A stretch of 62,155 nt of DNA, the filler included. It is 5 parts of 5 records of this genome, joined end to end, with 100 filler letters (N's around TTAATTAATTAA, not from the genome) between each part and the next. Parts side by side here need not be neighbours in the genome. Positions count along the whole stretch, not along the records: positions 1 to 30,301 come from DRR723986_17766; 4 more parts are not named here. The stretch is one strand, 5' to 3'. Under the pieces are notes generated by a model. That model worked only from the letters and a program-made list of their open reading frames with translations, searched no databases and was not told the origin of the DNA. Positions 1 through 9,567 of the stretch are shown here, piece after piece (within the stretch, counting starts at the first letter, position 1; the number at the start of each line of letters is the position of its first letter). The translations under genes and the position numbers were made by a program.

Positions 1-1
1 T

Positions 2-226
2 ATCTTGCTCAGCATGCTCACGATGGGGGCATATCTGTTTCTGCTGCCCGCGTCTTGGAAGCTTTGGTGCAACGAATACAACTTCTTGTTCTGGATGGAA
101 TGGATCGCCGTTTGGGCGTTCGCAACCGCCTGGCTGACCAAGGGGCGAGTAATCGCTGCTGAGATAGCAGTTGAACTACTTGCGATTCCCCGCGAGGCCA
201 TAGCAGAACGATTTGCTGACGACTAG
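2..226 (+). CDS. Membrane protein, C-terminal fragment (5' end truncated by window edge)
   Basis: Open frame from base 2 with two hydrophobic segments and an E-x2-AVWAFATAWLTKG motif; TAG at 224-226. Confidence 0.55.
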   Translation: MLLSMLTMGAYLFLLPASWKLWCNEYNFLFWMEWIAVWAFATAWLTKGRVIAAEIAVELLAIPREAIAERFADD

Positions 227-398
227 CAAGAGCGGGCCATATCAAGAGAACGCAATAGAAGGCCCGGAACAAAGAGCAGAGCGGCGTCGAGCCCGTAGTA
301 AGAGCATCCGAATGCGGACGGTAATGCCGGCTACCAAGGTGCCATTACACGCTTCGCTTTTCGGTTCGACCTGATGCCGAAGCAAATCCTTGCTTAAT

Positions 399-803
399 TC
401 ACGCTGCGATGCCGTGGCTGAACGATGCCAAGACTGACTCCAGAGCGTCGTGAAGTGATAAACCTTCGGTGGCGATCGCGTCGAACACTTGCAGCAAGCA
501 CTGGTCGACCAGCAGTTGCTCGGCTACTTCGGCTTCCTCGATTTCGGTTCTTTGTGCAAGCTCGACCTGGAGTGCTGGCCGCAGATCAACCAGACCGCAT
601 TCGAAGCATGCATAGTTGTTCTCGGCTTGCGCCTTTTCAATCCAACGCCATTTGATTAGCTGATCATCGAGCCAACCGGATCTCAACTGCACGACCGCCG
701 TTGGAGTATGGCCAGGCAGCCTGTGTTTTTCTGTTCTAAATCGTGGTTCAACGCGCTCAATTAGCTGTATCGAAGAAGCAATCGGGGACGCAACGCTACT
801 CAT
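399..803 (-). CDS. Hypothetical protein (~134 aa)
   Basis: Protein-like composition with an acidic helical C-terminus. Start placed at ATG 803 (MSSVASP). Co-oriented with the upstream sulfatase. Confidence 0.55.
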   Translation of the reverse strand: MSSVASPIASSIQLIERVEPRFRTEKHRLPGHTPTAVVQLRSGWLDDQLIKWRWIEKAQAENNYACFECGLVDLRPALQVELAQRTEIEEAEVAEQLLVDQCLLQVFDAIATEGLSLHDALESVLASFSHGIAA

Positions 804-966
804 AGCAATATTCCTAATCGGTGGGCCAAGACGCGGTAATTCTTTCACCGTTGCGTGACGCAAAACCCACACCAGTTGGAATTCAATTCTTACGTCCGAG
901 CGGACGTACGTCTCCGATCACGATACGCCAGCACTGCGCATCAGTTTGCCGGCCTGGCGAGCGGAC

Positions 967-2481
967 TCAGTCGATTTCGGTCGGCGGGAACCGCTTTCGA
1001 CTGTCACTGTCGACAGGTTTGCCGGTTCGAACGCTCCACCACTCGGCGGCCCGTTCGGGATCGTAACTTGGATTTGGCGTCGGCATCCGCGCGACGACTG
1101 ATTGTCGCCAGGTGTTGAGCTTCTTTTTCAAATCGGCAACACGACCAGGTCGCTTTTCAGCTAGATTCTCGGACTCGCTTAGGTCTTTGCCAATCTGGTA
1201 CAGCTCAATATCGCCTGTACCATCGAGGTACTCGATCAGCTTCCAGTCTCGCTCGCGAATGCTGCTGGCTGGTCGGCCATGGTGGTAGTGCGGGTAGTGC
1301 CAATGTAGGGCATCGCGATCGAGGCGAGCGTTTGTGTCTAATAACAGCGGCTTTAGGCTGAGCCCGTCGATGGTCTGGTTGGCAGGCAACGCTCCGCCAG
1401 CAAGATCCACCAGAGTTGGATAAAAGTCGTACGAAATTGTGGGTTCGCTGCAGACGCCACCAGCTTTCACCAGGGGCGGATACTTGACGATCAATGGCAC
1501 GCGGACTCCTCCTTCGTGCAATGAACCCTTCTCACCTTTGAGTGGCGTTTGGACTGCCACGTTATCGTCGGCGTCTTCGCGATAGTCGTACCGCCGATAT
1601 AGACCGCCATTGTCGGAGGTGAAGATAATCATCGTGTTGTCGCTCTGGCCAGTCTCTTCAATCGTGTCGACGATTCGCCCTACCATGTCATCGCAGTGTT
1701 CGATCATTGCCGCGTAGACCGGATGCGGTAGCTCGCGATTCAGCTTGGCAGCTTTCTGGCGATACTTCTCGACCTTGTCTGACATGGCACCCAGCGGAAT
1801 GTGAACGGCAAACGGAGATAACATCAAGAAGAACGGTTGCTCGGTGTTCTCCTTGATGAAGTCAACACAAAGATCTGCTTCGAAGTCGGTTCGGTACTGA
1901 TTGGGTTTGGGCGTTAGGTCTTTCCGGCCTTGAACGCGATAGCGACCAGGCAAATGCGGGCCGCCGATTACGGTTGAGAAGTCGTATCCTTGCCGGTCGG
2001 GTTGAAACTCGGGGCCGTTGCCGAGGTGCCATTTGCCGACGTAGCCAGTTGTGTAACCTGCCGACTTCAATGCTTCCCCGATAGTCACCGTGTCAAGCGG
2101 CAATGCCATCGTTGGCCGAGGTGTGATTACGCGTTCGAAGGGCCGCCAGTGACCAGGGATATGAGCGGTAATTCCGATGCGGGCTTGATTTTGTCCAGAC
2201 TGCAGGGCACATCGCGTTGGCGAACACACTGCACCAGCGGCATAGAAATCGGTGAAGCGAATTCCCTCAGCGGCGAGTTGATCGATCCTCGGCGTCTCGA
2301 CAAAGTCATTGCCGTAGCAACCTACGTCTTTCCACCCCAAATCGTCGATGAAGATCAGAACCACGTTGGGCTTGTCTACTTCCTCCGCGCTGGCGACACC
2401 AACGCTGGCAAGTGTCACGAAGCAAGTGATTAGCAAGCGAATCGCGCCCAATCGAAATCGGCTGGCGTTGAGGTGGTTCAA
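967..2481 (-). CDS. Cys-type (formylglycine) sulfatase, exported
   Basis: Signal peptide, PNVVLIFIDDLG, CSPTR motif, GKWHLG, SDNGG, EGGVRVP. Confidence 0.95.
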   Translation of the reverse strand: MNHLNASRFRLGAIRLLITCFVTLASVGVASAEEVDKPNVVLIFIDDLGWKDVGCYGNDFVETPRIDQLAAEGIRFTDFYAAGAVCSPTRCALQSGQNQARIGITAHIPGHWRPFERVITPRPTMALPLDTVTIGEALKSAGYTTGYVGKWHLGNGPEFQPDRQGYDFSTVIGGPHLPGRYRVQGRKDLTPKPNQYRTDFEADLCVDFIKENTEQPFFLMLSPFAVHIPLGAMSDKVEKYRQKAAKLNRELPHPVYAAMIEHCDDMVGRIVDTIEETGQSDNTMIIFTSDNGGLYRRYDYREDADDNVAVQTPLKGEKGSLHEGGVRVPLIVKYPPLVKAGGVCSEPTISYDFYPTLVDLAGGALPANQTIDGLSLKPLLLDTNARLDRDALHWHYPHYHHGRPASSIRERDWKLIEYLDGTGDIELYQIGKDLSESENLAEKRPGRVADLKKKLNTWRQSVVARMPTPNPSYDPERAAEWWSVRTGKPVDSDSRKRFPPTEID

Positions 2482-2534
2482 GGTGAGTACCTACATGTAG
2501 AGTGTGTGTAACATGGAGACAGGGTGGCGTACTA

Positions 2535-3200
2535 CTAGAAGAACTTTCCGTCGTCCCAGACTTCCCAGGTCAAGTCGCGCAGACACACCAGTGTGTCGGG
2601 GTGTTGCTCCGCCCACTGTTCTATACCGGTAACTTCGAATGGATAATCCTCAAGAGGAATGCGACTGGAATTCTGTGTGTACCTGATATCTTTGTAAAGC
2701 AGGACCACGTCGCGAACGACATCTTGCCCACCTAGCAGGAGTGGGATCGGTGTTTCATCTTCACTGGCAAAAACGCGAGTTTGCGTGCCAAGGTAGTTGT
2801 GAACTACATAAACTTGGCGGCCACCAATGACCGCGTTGACGAACATGAGATCCTTCGCTTTTTCCGTTAACGCAAATGCAACGGCCTTACCGTTGACTTC
2901 GACCCCGATCACCTGAAAGGACTCATCGAGCTCCTTTGGCAAGGGCTCCAGCTTCAGGTTTGTGATAGGAGCCTCGTCGTATGCAAACCTAAGCTCGCGA
3001 TGGTCGTCACCATTGGTCGGCAACTTCTCCGCTTCCAATCGCTCAAGTTTTGCTTCTTCGTCGCTCTTGCCTTCGAAGGAAAGCATAACGAAAATCACAA
3101 ATCCGATGAGCATTGCCGCAGCAATGACGAAGAGGGCCTTTACTGGGGCCGGTAGACCTTCGCTGCCGTCTTCAGGCTGCTCAACTTCTTGCATCTTCAT
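2535..3200 (-). CDS. Membrane-anchored DUF3179-like protein
   Basis: N-terminal TM helix; VIGVEVNGKAVAF, VNAVIGG and WAEQHPDT segments resemble DUF3179 (by recall, no search run). Confidence 0.6.
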   Translation of the reverse strand: MKMQEVEQPEDGSEGLPAPVKALFVIAAAMLIGFVIFVMLSFEGKSDEEAKLERLEAEKLPTNGDDHRELRFAYDEAPITNLKLEPLPKELDESFQVIGVEVNGKAVAFALTEKAKDLMFVNAVIGGRQVYVVHNYLGTQTRVFASEDETPIPLLLGGQDVVRDVVLLYKDIRYTQNSSRIPLEDYPFEVTGIEQWAEQHPDTLVCLRDLTWEVWDDGKFF

Positions 3201-3275
3201 ATCGTCTCAACTTGCCTTAGTTGTTGGTAAACGAACTGCGCGTAGATTCTCCACCGCTGATGGGCCAGTGTATTC

Positions 3276-4832
3276 CTACGGGCCATCCTCTTTATTGGTT
3301 TGTGATTCGAACCAATCACCAATAAATTCCTGGCCACTGATCCCTTTCGGTGATTTGAATAGCTTCACTTCGACGTCATTTTTCGAAACCGTTCCGTCAG
3401 TCGTTCGGCCGCGCTCAACATCCGACTCAAGAAGCCGTAAGAGCTTGCGTGCTTGCTCCGAATTGGTAGCAGCAAGATTCTTGGTTTCGCTCGGATCATC
3501 GCTCAAGTCAAATAGCTGGACTGTAGCACTGTCATTCGACTTTGCCGCAAGCCAGGATTTCTTACTTGGTTTCGGCTTGGTCCAACCACCTGAGCCTGGG
3601 CAAAGACACAGTTTCCAATTGCCCAAACGGTAGGCAAAATATCCACTAACGGAGTGCTGCACCATGGATTCTCTGTGTGGCTCGGTGTCGCCGCCGAGGA
3701 TGGAGGCAAAGCTGATACTATCTTCCGCCTGCGAGTCGATATTAATCGTTTCAGCCAACGTCGCATAGATGTCGGTGAAACTGGTCAGGCCGGCGTAGGT
3801 TCGATGCTCTGTGATGGAATTTGGCCAGTGGACAATAAACGGCACACGGTGTCCTCCGTCCCAAAGATCGGCTTTCATGCCCCGCAAATGACCACTGGAG
3901 TAGTGCCCTAGTTCCTGCAGTTGTACTGCATTGGATGTTGGTGCTGACGTTCCGTTGTCGGATGAACAAATGATGAGAGTGTTGTCCAGTTGCCCGGTCT
4001 CACGCAGCGCATCAACTACACTGCCAAATGCTGCATCAGTCTGCATGACAAAGTCGGCGTGCTTGTTCAGACCACTCTTACCTTGCCACTGTTTGCTCGG
4101 TACGACCGGGCTATGTGGTGAACTCCATGGCACGTACAGAAAGAAAGGCTGGTCGGACGATGCTTGCTGACGCACATAGTCTACGGCGGCCTGCTTGAGT
4201 CGGGGAAGCATCTCGATGCCTTCGATTTGTTCTGTGACTTTGTCGTCTTCTATCCACAGCTCGATTTGCCGAGCATGGTGAAAACCTTGGAACATGTCGA
4301 ATCCACCGCGATCGATGGGGCCTTCGGTGACCTTCGCTCCAACAGACACGGCCCCCTTTTCATGCTTGCCATCAAAGAGCATTCCTAGATGCCACTTGCC
4401 GATAATCGCGGTCGAATATCCAGCTTGCTTGCAAATTGTTGCAAGGGTTGGGCGATCCGACGCAATCAGTGATGGCCCGCCAGTTAATACTCCCGATTGC
4501 AGTCGCGTTCGCCAAGCGTAGCGTCCGGTTAGCAGTCCATAGCGGGTCGGTGTGCACACGCTCGAACCGCCATGTGCATCGGTGAAGACGAGTCCCTTTT
4601 TCGCGAGAGCATCCAGGTGAGGAGTTGAGATCTTGCCGCGGGTTGGATTCAGATAGCTGAGTTCGCCGTACCCCATGTCATCGGCGAGCATGATGACGAT
4701 ATTGGGTCGATGGTCCGCGCCACCGCAAACCGTCGCGCCGCACAAGAGTAAACCAAGGCCCCAAATGCAGGCCATCGTTTTCGATAGCGGCGGTTGCAGG
4801 AAACGCATAGAGAATTGAATGTTTGTGCTCAT
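3276..4832 (-). CDS. Arylsulfatase (Cys-type)
   Basis: PNIVIMLADDMGYG, CTPTRYGLLTGRY, GKWHLG, SDNG, GGHRVP. Confidence 0.95.
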   Translation of the reverse strand: MSTNIQFSMRFLQPPLSKTMACIWGLGLLLCGATVCGGADHRPNIVIMLADDMGYGELSYLNPTRGKISTPHLDALAKKGLVFTDAHGGSSVCTPTRYGLLTGRYAWRTRLQSGVLTGGPSLIASDRPTLATICKQAGYSTAIIGKWHLGMLFDGKHEKGAVSVGAKVTEGPIDRGGFDMFQGFHHARQIELWIEDDKVTEQIEGIEMLPRLKQAAVDYVRQQASSDQPFFLYVPWSSPHSPVVPSKQWQGKSGLNKHADFVMQTDAAFGSVVDALRETGQLDNTLIICSSDNGTSAPTSNAVQLQELGHYSSGHLRGMKADLWDGGHRVPFIVHWPNSITEHRTYAGLTSFTDIYATLAETINIDSQAEDSISFASILGGDTEPHRESMVQHSVSGYFAYRLGNWKLCLCPGSGGWTKPKPSKKSWLAAKSNDSATVQLFDLSDDPSETKNLAATNSEQARKLLRLLESDVERGRTTDGTVSKNDVEVKLFKSPKGISGQEFIGDWFESQTNKEDGP

Positions 4833-4947
4833 AGATGCCTTCGTTCGTCAGTGACCAACATCGATAGTGAATTCAGCGCTTAAAGCCAATTCACGATCGA
4901 GCCGAACCGCTCAGTTTAGCAGCCCGAAAGCTGATCGACCATTCGCC

Positions 4948-6864
4948 TCATTCGGTTCGTCCTGGTCTTCCTAATGTTTTCTGGTCGTTCTTCAACAATA
5001 GCCAGTCCTCGATCACCAGCGCGTCCAACCCCGTTGTCATGAAGCATTTGTAGGCGTCCGCCGCGCTGTGCACAATCGGCTCGCCTCGGACGTTGAAACT
5101 GGTGTTCACGAGCAGTGGGCATTGAGTGCGTTCATAAAAGGCAGTTAACAACTGGTGAAAGCGGGGAGAAATGTCGCTGCCGACCACTTGTACTCGCGCG
5201 GAGTAATCCACGTGAGTCACAGCCGGAATGTCGCTTCTTGTCTGGCGAGCGAGTTCAAGAACTTGTGCTTCAACCATCGCGTCACCGGGAGCTGCCGATT
5301 GCGAGTCGTTGTTTGTTGTGTGCGCTTCGTCAACAGAGTAGCGGCGCCGCGAAGCACTTACCGGGTAAGTAAAGAGCATATAGGGGCTGGGTGCGCCAGA
5401 CATCTCGAAGTACTCTCCCGCGTGCTCCTCAAGTACCGCCGGTGCAAAGGGGCGAAATGACTCGCGGAATTTGATTTTCTGATTGAGTGTGTGCTGCATG
5501 TCAACACGCCGGGCGTCAGCCAAAATACTCCGGTTACCTAATGCCCGTGGACCGAACTCCGTACGCCCCTGAATCCAGCCAACGATTTTCCCATCGTCAA
5601 GCAGTTCCGCGACCAGCCGATCAATTTCGTCCCGATTATGTTGTCGCGCGACCGCGCCGCCCGCTAACAGCTTCTGCACCTCGGATTGATGGTCTTGCTT
5701 TGGTCCAAGCAAACATCCACGCATACAGTCTCTTGGAATAGCTTTGTCGGTTGGATTCAATGCTTCGCTCACTTGCCGCGTCGCAATCTGTCGCTCTCGC
5801 TTGAGGAGACCATGTTCGATCAGCAACGCGACTCCCAAGGCACCGCCTGCATCACCGGCGGCAGGCTGAACCCAAACGTTGTCGAAGATTCCTTCGCGCT
5901 GAAGTCGACCGTTGGCAACACAATTCAGCGCAACGCCACCAGCTATGCAGAGGTTAACTTGTCCGGTTGTGTCTCGGATGTGGGTTGCTGTTGCGATCAA
6001 AATCTCCTCAACGATAACCTGAATGCTCGCGGCGACATCCAAGTCAACTTGACGTATCGGGGACTCTGGGTCGCGTGCGGAACATCCGATTAGCCGATCA
6101 AAACGCTTTGACGTCATCCGCAGCCCCGCGCAGTAGTCGAAGTACTGCATGGCGAGCCGAAAACTACCGTCTGCCGCGATGTCTACGATTTTCTCTCTTA
6201 GCAAATCGGTGTAACGTGGCGAGCCATACGGAGCGAGTCCCATTAGCTTGTACTCGCCCGAATTGACACGGAAGCCGCAGAAATATGTCATCGCCGAGTA
6301 GAGGAGCCCAAGCGAGTGCGGAAAACGCTGCTCCGCCAACAGGCTAATCTCTTCTCCCGAGCCAATTCCCCAGGTTGCCGCTGCCCATTCTCCGACGCCA
6401 TCCATTGTCAAGATCGCCGCCTCGTCATAAGGGCTCGGATAAAACGCACTGGCTGCGTGTGACTGGTGGTGTTCGCAGAATACAATCCTACGCTGATAGC
6501 CGCGCGAGTCGCTGAGCTTGTTGAGCTGCCCGCGGATCTCACGAGGAAGATGGAGTTTTTGCCGAAGCCAGAGTGGCATTGCTTTCGCGAAAGAGAGGTA
6601 GCCGCGTGGCGCGTAGGCGTGATAAGTTGCCATCAAGCGGTCAAACTTCAGCAGTGGCTTTTCATAAAATCCGACGTAGTCGATGTCCGCGACGGAAGCC
6701 CCGATTCCAGACAAGCATTCCGATATGGCAGAAGATGGAAAACGCGAGTCCCCTTTCTGTCTGCTGAATCTTTCTTCGCTAGCGGCGGCAAGGATTTTCC
6801 CGTCAGAGACGATTGCTGCAGCAGAATCGTGGTAGTACGCGGAGATTCCGAGAATTAGCGACAT
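4948..6864 (-). CDS. Carbamoyltransferase, NodU/CmcH family
   Basis: ILGISAYYHDSAAA, EERF, HHQSHAASAF, DGVGE, GEYKLMGLAPYG, GGVALNC, EFGPRALGNRS, RESFRPFAP, NTSFNVRGEPIV. Confidence 0.95.
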   Translation of the reverse strand: MSLILGISAYYHDSAAAIVSDGKILAAASEERFSRQKGDSRFPSSAISECLSGIGASVADIDYVGFYEKPLLKFDRLMATYHAYAPRGYLSFAKAMPLWLRQKLHLPREIRGQLNKLSDSRGYQRRIVFCEHHQSHAASAFYPSPYDEAAILTMDGVGEWAAATWGIGSGEEISLLAEQRFPHSLGLLYSAMTYFCGFRVNSGEYKLMGLAPYGSPRYTDLLREKIVDIAADGSFRLAMQYFDYCAGLRMTSKRFDRLIGCSARDPESPIRQVDLDVAASIQVIVEEILIATATHIRDTTGQVNLCIAGGVALNCVANGRLQREGIFDNVWVQPAAGDAGGALGVALLIEHGLLKRERQIATRQVSEALNPTDKAIPRDCMRGCLLGPKQDHQSEVQKLLAGGAVARQHNRDEIDRLVAELLDDGKIVGWIQGRTEFGPRALGNRSILADARRVDMQHTLNQKIKFRESFRPFAPAVLEEHAGEYFEMSGAPSPYMLFTYPVSASRRRYSVDEAHTTNNDSQSAAPGDAMVEAQVLELARQTRSDIPAVTHVDYSARVQVVGSDISPRFHQLLTAFYERTQCPLLVNTSFNVRGEPIVHSAADAYKCFMTTGLDALVIEDWLLLKNDQKTLGRPGRTE

Positions 6865-7022
6865 CTTTGTTGGCTTGGACGGATGAAGCGAAATCCGGAT
6901 TATGTTCGAATAGAATGTGGCCTAGGGAACGTCGCCTGCCGCGGATGCGACTCGCACGTCCTTTGACACAGCTAGGCCTGACATGGACAGTATAACAACC
7001 GTTGCGAGCGCGGGATGAACGC

Positions 7023-8999
7023 ATGAAGCCAGTGAGAAATGAATACAGCTTTTTCGGCCGCGCTGGAAATCCTTACCGCCCGGGAGAAGCGGCCCCAAAC
7101 TTCACCGTGAAGATATGCGCCTCGCTCTTTGCACTTGCAGGAACGTTGATCCTGAGCAGCCGGCTAATCGCGCAGGACTACAACCAGCGGTATTACGAAC
7201 CGTCGAAGGGCTATGACTCGAGTGCCTTCTCCGATGAACCGCCTACCGAACGGTATCGAAATGAAAGCTACAGTTGGTACCCAGACTACGATGCCAACGG
7301 CCAATACCACCAGCCAACCGATATGCTGCGCCTTGGCCGCAACAGGTTTCTGATCTGCACACGCAAGACTGGACTGCTTTTCGTTTTCGATGCAGCAGCT
7401 CGTACTGCGGTTCTTGTTGAGCAGACTGGCGGTCTGTGGCAGGAAGAATCCTCGCGGTCGTTCTCCGCAATGGTAGCCCTCGATGAAGGGCGGTTTGCAG
7501 TCGCAGAGGATAAGTCGAACAAGATCATCGTCTTTCGTCTGAACGATCAAGAGTCGTATACGGCGGCCGCTGAATTGCAGCTCGAGTTGCATGGAGGCTG
7601 CGGCGATCTAGCATACGATCGCACTAGTCAAACACTCTGGGCCTCAGGCCGTTGGTCGAAGCGATTGCATGCCTGGCGTTTGGCCAGTGGAGCGGCGCAT
7701 CAGAATGTCGGTCACGTCGATCTGGATATCAATGGTGGCCAGTTACTTCTAGCCGACGGCGATTCCGGTCGATGTGTGTTGATTGCCGATGCATTTGGCA
7801 GTCGAATGCAAATCGTTGATTCAACCGAGTTGCGGGTGGTGAAGTCGCATGAGCTGTACGACCACAATTTTCAGTCGATGAGGCTGACAAGCGACGGAAA
7901 GAGTGTCGTGATGGCTTGTCAAAACTTGAGCGAATTGACGCCCGCGGTGCGAGGAGAGATCACTTGGGGCGGCATGTTGAGTAACAACGTACGTAGAATG
8001 CCACTGGATAACTTGTTGCGGCGGAGCGGAGACGAAGTTTACAGTCGGGCCGAGTTTTACTCTGTCGGCTTTGCGGGCAACGGAGCGGGAACACCGACGG
8101 ATCTCATTTACAGCAGCGATGGCAGCCTGGTTGTGGCAATGGGGGGATCGAGTCAACTGGCGGTTCGTCAGCCCGGAGAGCAGGATTTTAAGTTCCATGC
8201 AACGGGCCTTCAGCCTGTACGTCTCGAGCTTACCGAAGACGAGACGCAAGCAATTGTTCTGTGCAGCCACAGCGACTCAGTGACTATTGTGCACATTGAT
8301 GGCGAGAATGATTCCGAGCACGTTATGTTGGGCAAACTTCGTGCGCCGACACTTGCGGAACTCGGAGAGCAGAAGTTTCACGACTCCCGCCTTTCGCATG
8401 ATGGCTGGATAAGCTGTGGGAGCTGTCATATTGATGGCCACACGAGCGGGCTGCTGAATGACAATTTGACAGATCATTCCCAGGGCACTGCCAAGCGAAT
8501 TCTCAGCTTGTTGGGCAGCCGTGCCACAGCCCCTTACAGTTGGTTTGGCGAACAGGAAGAATTGGAATCGCAAGTCGAACATTCGATTCGATCCACCATG
8601 GCCAGTGATCACCCGGTCGCACCGGATGATGTGAGGGCAATCGCAGCCTACATTCGCACTCTGCGGCCTTCGCCAAGCGTTTCCGCAGCCAGGGGAATTC
8701 CAAACGCAAGGGAAGGCGCGGGACGAAAGCTATTTGAACGGCTGAACTGCACAGCTTGTCACAGCGGTAGCGAACACACATCGCGGGATGCCTACGATGT
8801 TGGCTTGTCTGACGAAGACGGTGTGAGACTGTTTAATCCACCCAGTCTCCGTGGAGTCAGTCAGCGTGAGCATGCGTTGCTACACGATGGCCGCGCCAGG
8901 AGCCTGAACGAACTTTTTACGAAGTACCAGCACCAACTCGATCAACCACTCTCCACAGACGAGCTGCGAAAGCTTCTGCAATATTTGCGTTCGCTTTAA
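7023..8999 (+). CDS. Exported beta-propeller (YncE/YVTN-like) fused to a di-haem cytochrome c peroxidase/MauG-like domain
   Basis: Two CxxCH motifs (CGSCH, CTACH), TAPY, PSLRGV and LHDGRA in the C-terminal part; beta-rich repeats before that. Start uncertain (7002/7023/7107). Confidence 0.85.
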   Translation: MKPVRNEYSFFGRAGNPYRPGEAAPNFTVKICASLFALAGTLILSSRLIAQDYNQRYYEPSKGYDSSAFSDEPPTERYRNESYSWYPDYDANGQYHQPTDMLRLGRNRFLICTRKTGLLFVFDAAARTAVLVEQTGGLWQEESSRSFSAMVALDEGRFAVAEDKSNKIIVFRLNDQESYTAAAELQLELHGGCGDLAYDRTSQTLWASGRWSKRLHAWRLASGAAHQNVGHVDLDINGGQLLLADGDSGRCVLIADAFGSRMQIVDSTELRVVKSHELYDHNFQSMRLTSDGKSVVMACQNLSELTPAVRGEITWGGMLSNNVRRMPLDNLLRRSGDEVYSRAEFYSVGFAGNGAGTPTDLIYSSDGSLVVAMGGSSQLAVRQPGEQDFKFHATGLQPVRLELTEDETQAIVLCSHSDSVTIVHIDGENDSEHVMLGKLRAPTLAELGEQKFHDSRLSHDGWISCGSCHIDGHTSGLLNDNLTDHSQGTAKRILSLLGSRATAPYSWFGEQEELESQVEHSIRSTMASDHPVAPDDVRAIAAYIRTLRPSPSVSAARGIPNAREGAGRKLFERLNCTACHSGSEHTSRDAYDVGLSDEDGVRLFNPPSLRGVSQREHALLHDGRARSLNELFTKYQHQLDQPLSTDELRKLLQYLRSL

Positions 9000-9024
9000 G
9001 ATACACAAGCGTATGCGTCGGCGG

Positions 9025-9300
9025 CTAACTCTGGGGCAGCGGTGTTCCTTGAGACTTGTCGTCGTTGGGTTCTTTTGCTAGACGAACGGTAACGTTCCAG
9101 TGGCCGGATACCTCTCGAGCATTGATCACATTGCACATATACATGCGTTTGCTGAGTCGTAGCTTCGCTTGTTTGCTCACTGCAACGTGGGCTGCCGTCA
9201 GAATTCGAAGCTTCATTTGCGTCTTCGAATGCGTCTCCAAGATTTTCACCGGATACGCGAAGCCATCTTCCATCTGAAGGATCGCATTTTCAGAATTCAC
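9025..9300 (-). CDS. Small hypothetical protein, possibly a PilZ-like beta-barrel
   Basis: 91-aa beta-rich ORF filling the gap; canonical PilZ motifs not evident. Confidence 0.5.
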   Translation of the reverse strand: MNSENAILQMEDGFAYPVKILETHSKTQMKLRILTAAHVAVSKQAKLRLSKRMYMCNVINAREVSGHWNVTVRLAKEPNDDKSQGTPLPQS

Positions 9301-9567
9301 TAATCAATAGCGCTATCTGCACACCAGGGGTAAACGGATTTTGACAGTTCGGGGCGTGGGGCATTCGCCGCTTCTGCATAAGTCTCGATTGCAACAGGTC
9401 GAGCTACGTTATCACTCGGCAACGCACAAAGTGCAACTTGCAGAATGATTGCGGTAATTACTGAAAACGTAATTGAGTACCTGCATGGTCCCTTACAAAC
9501 CGATGCGATAGGTTTGACCTTGGCTCAAAGCACGAAAATTCTATGCAACCTTACAAGATCGGCAGTT

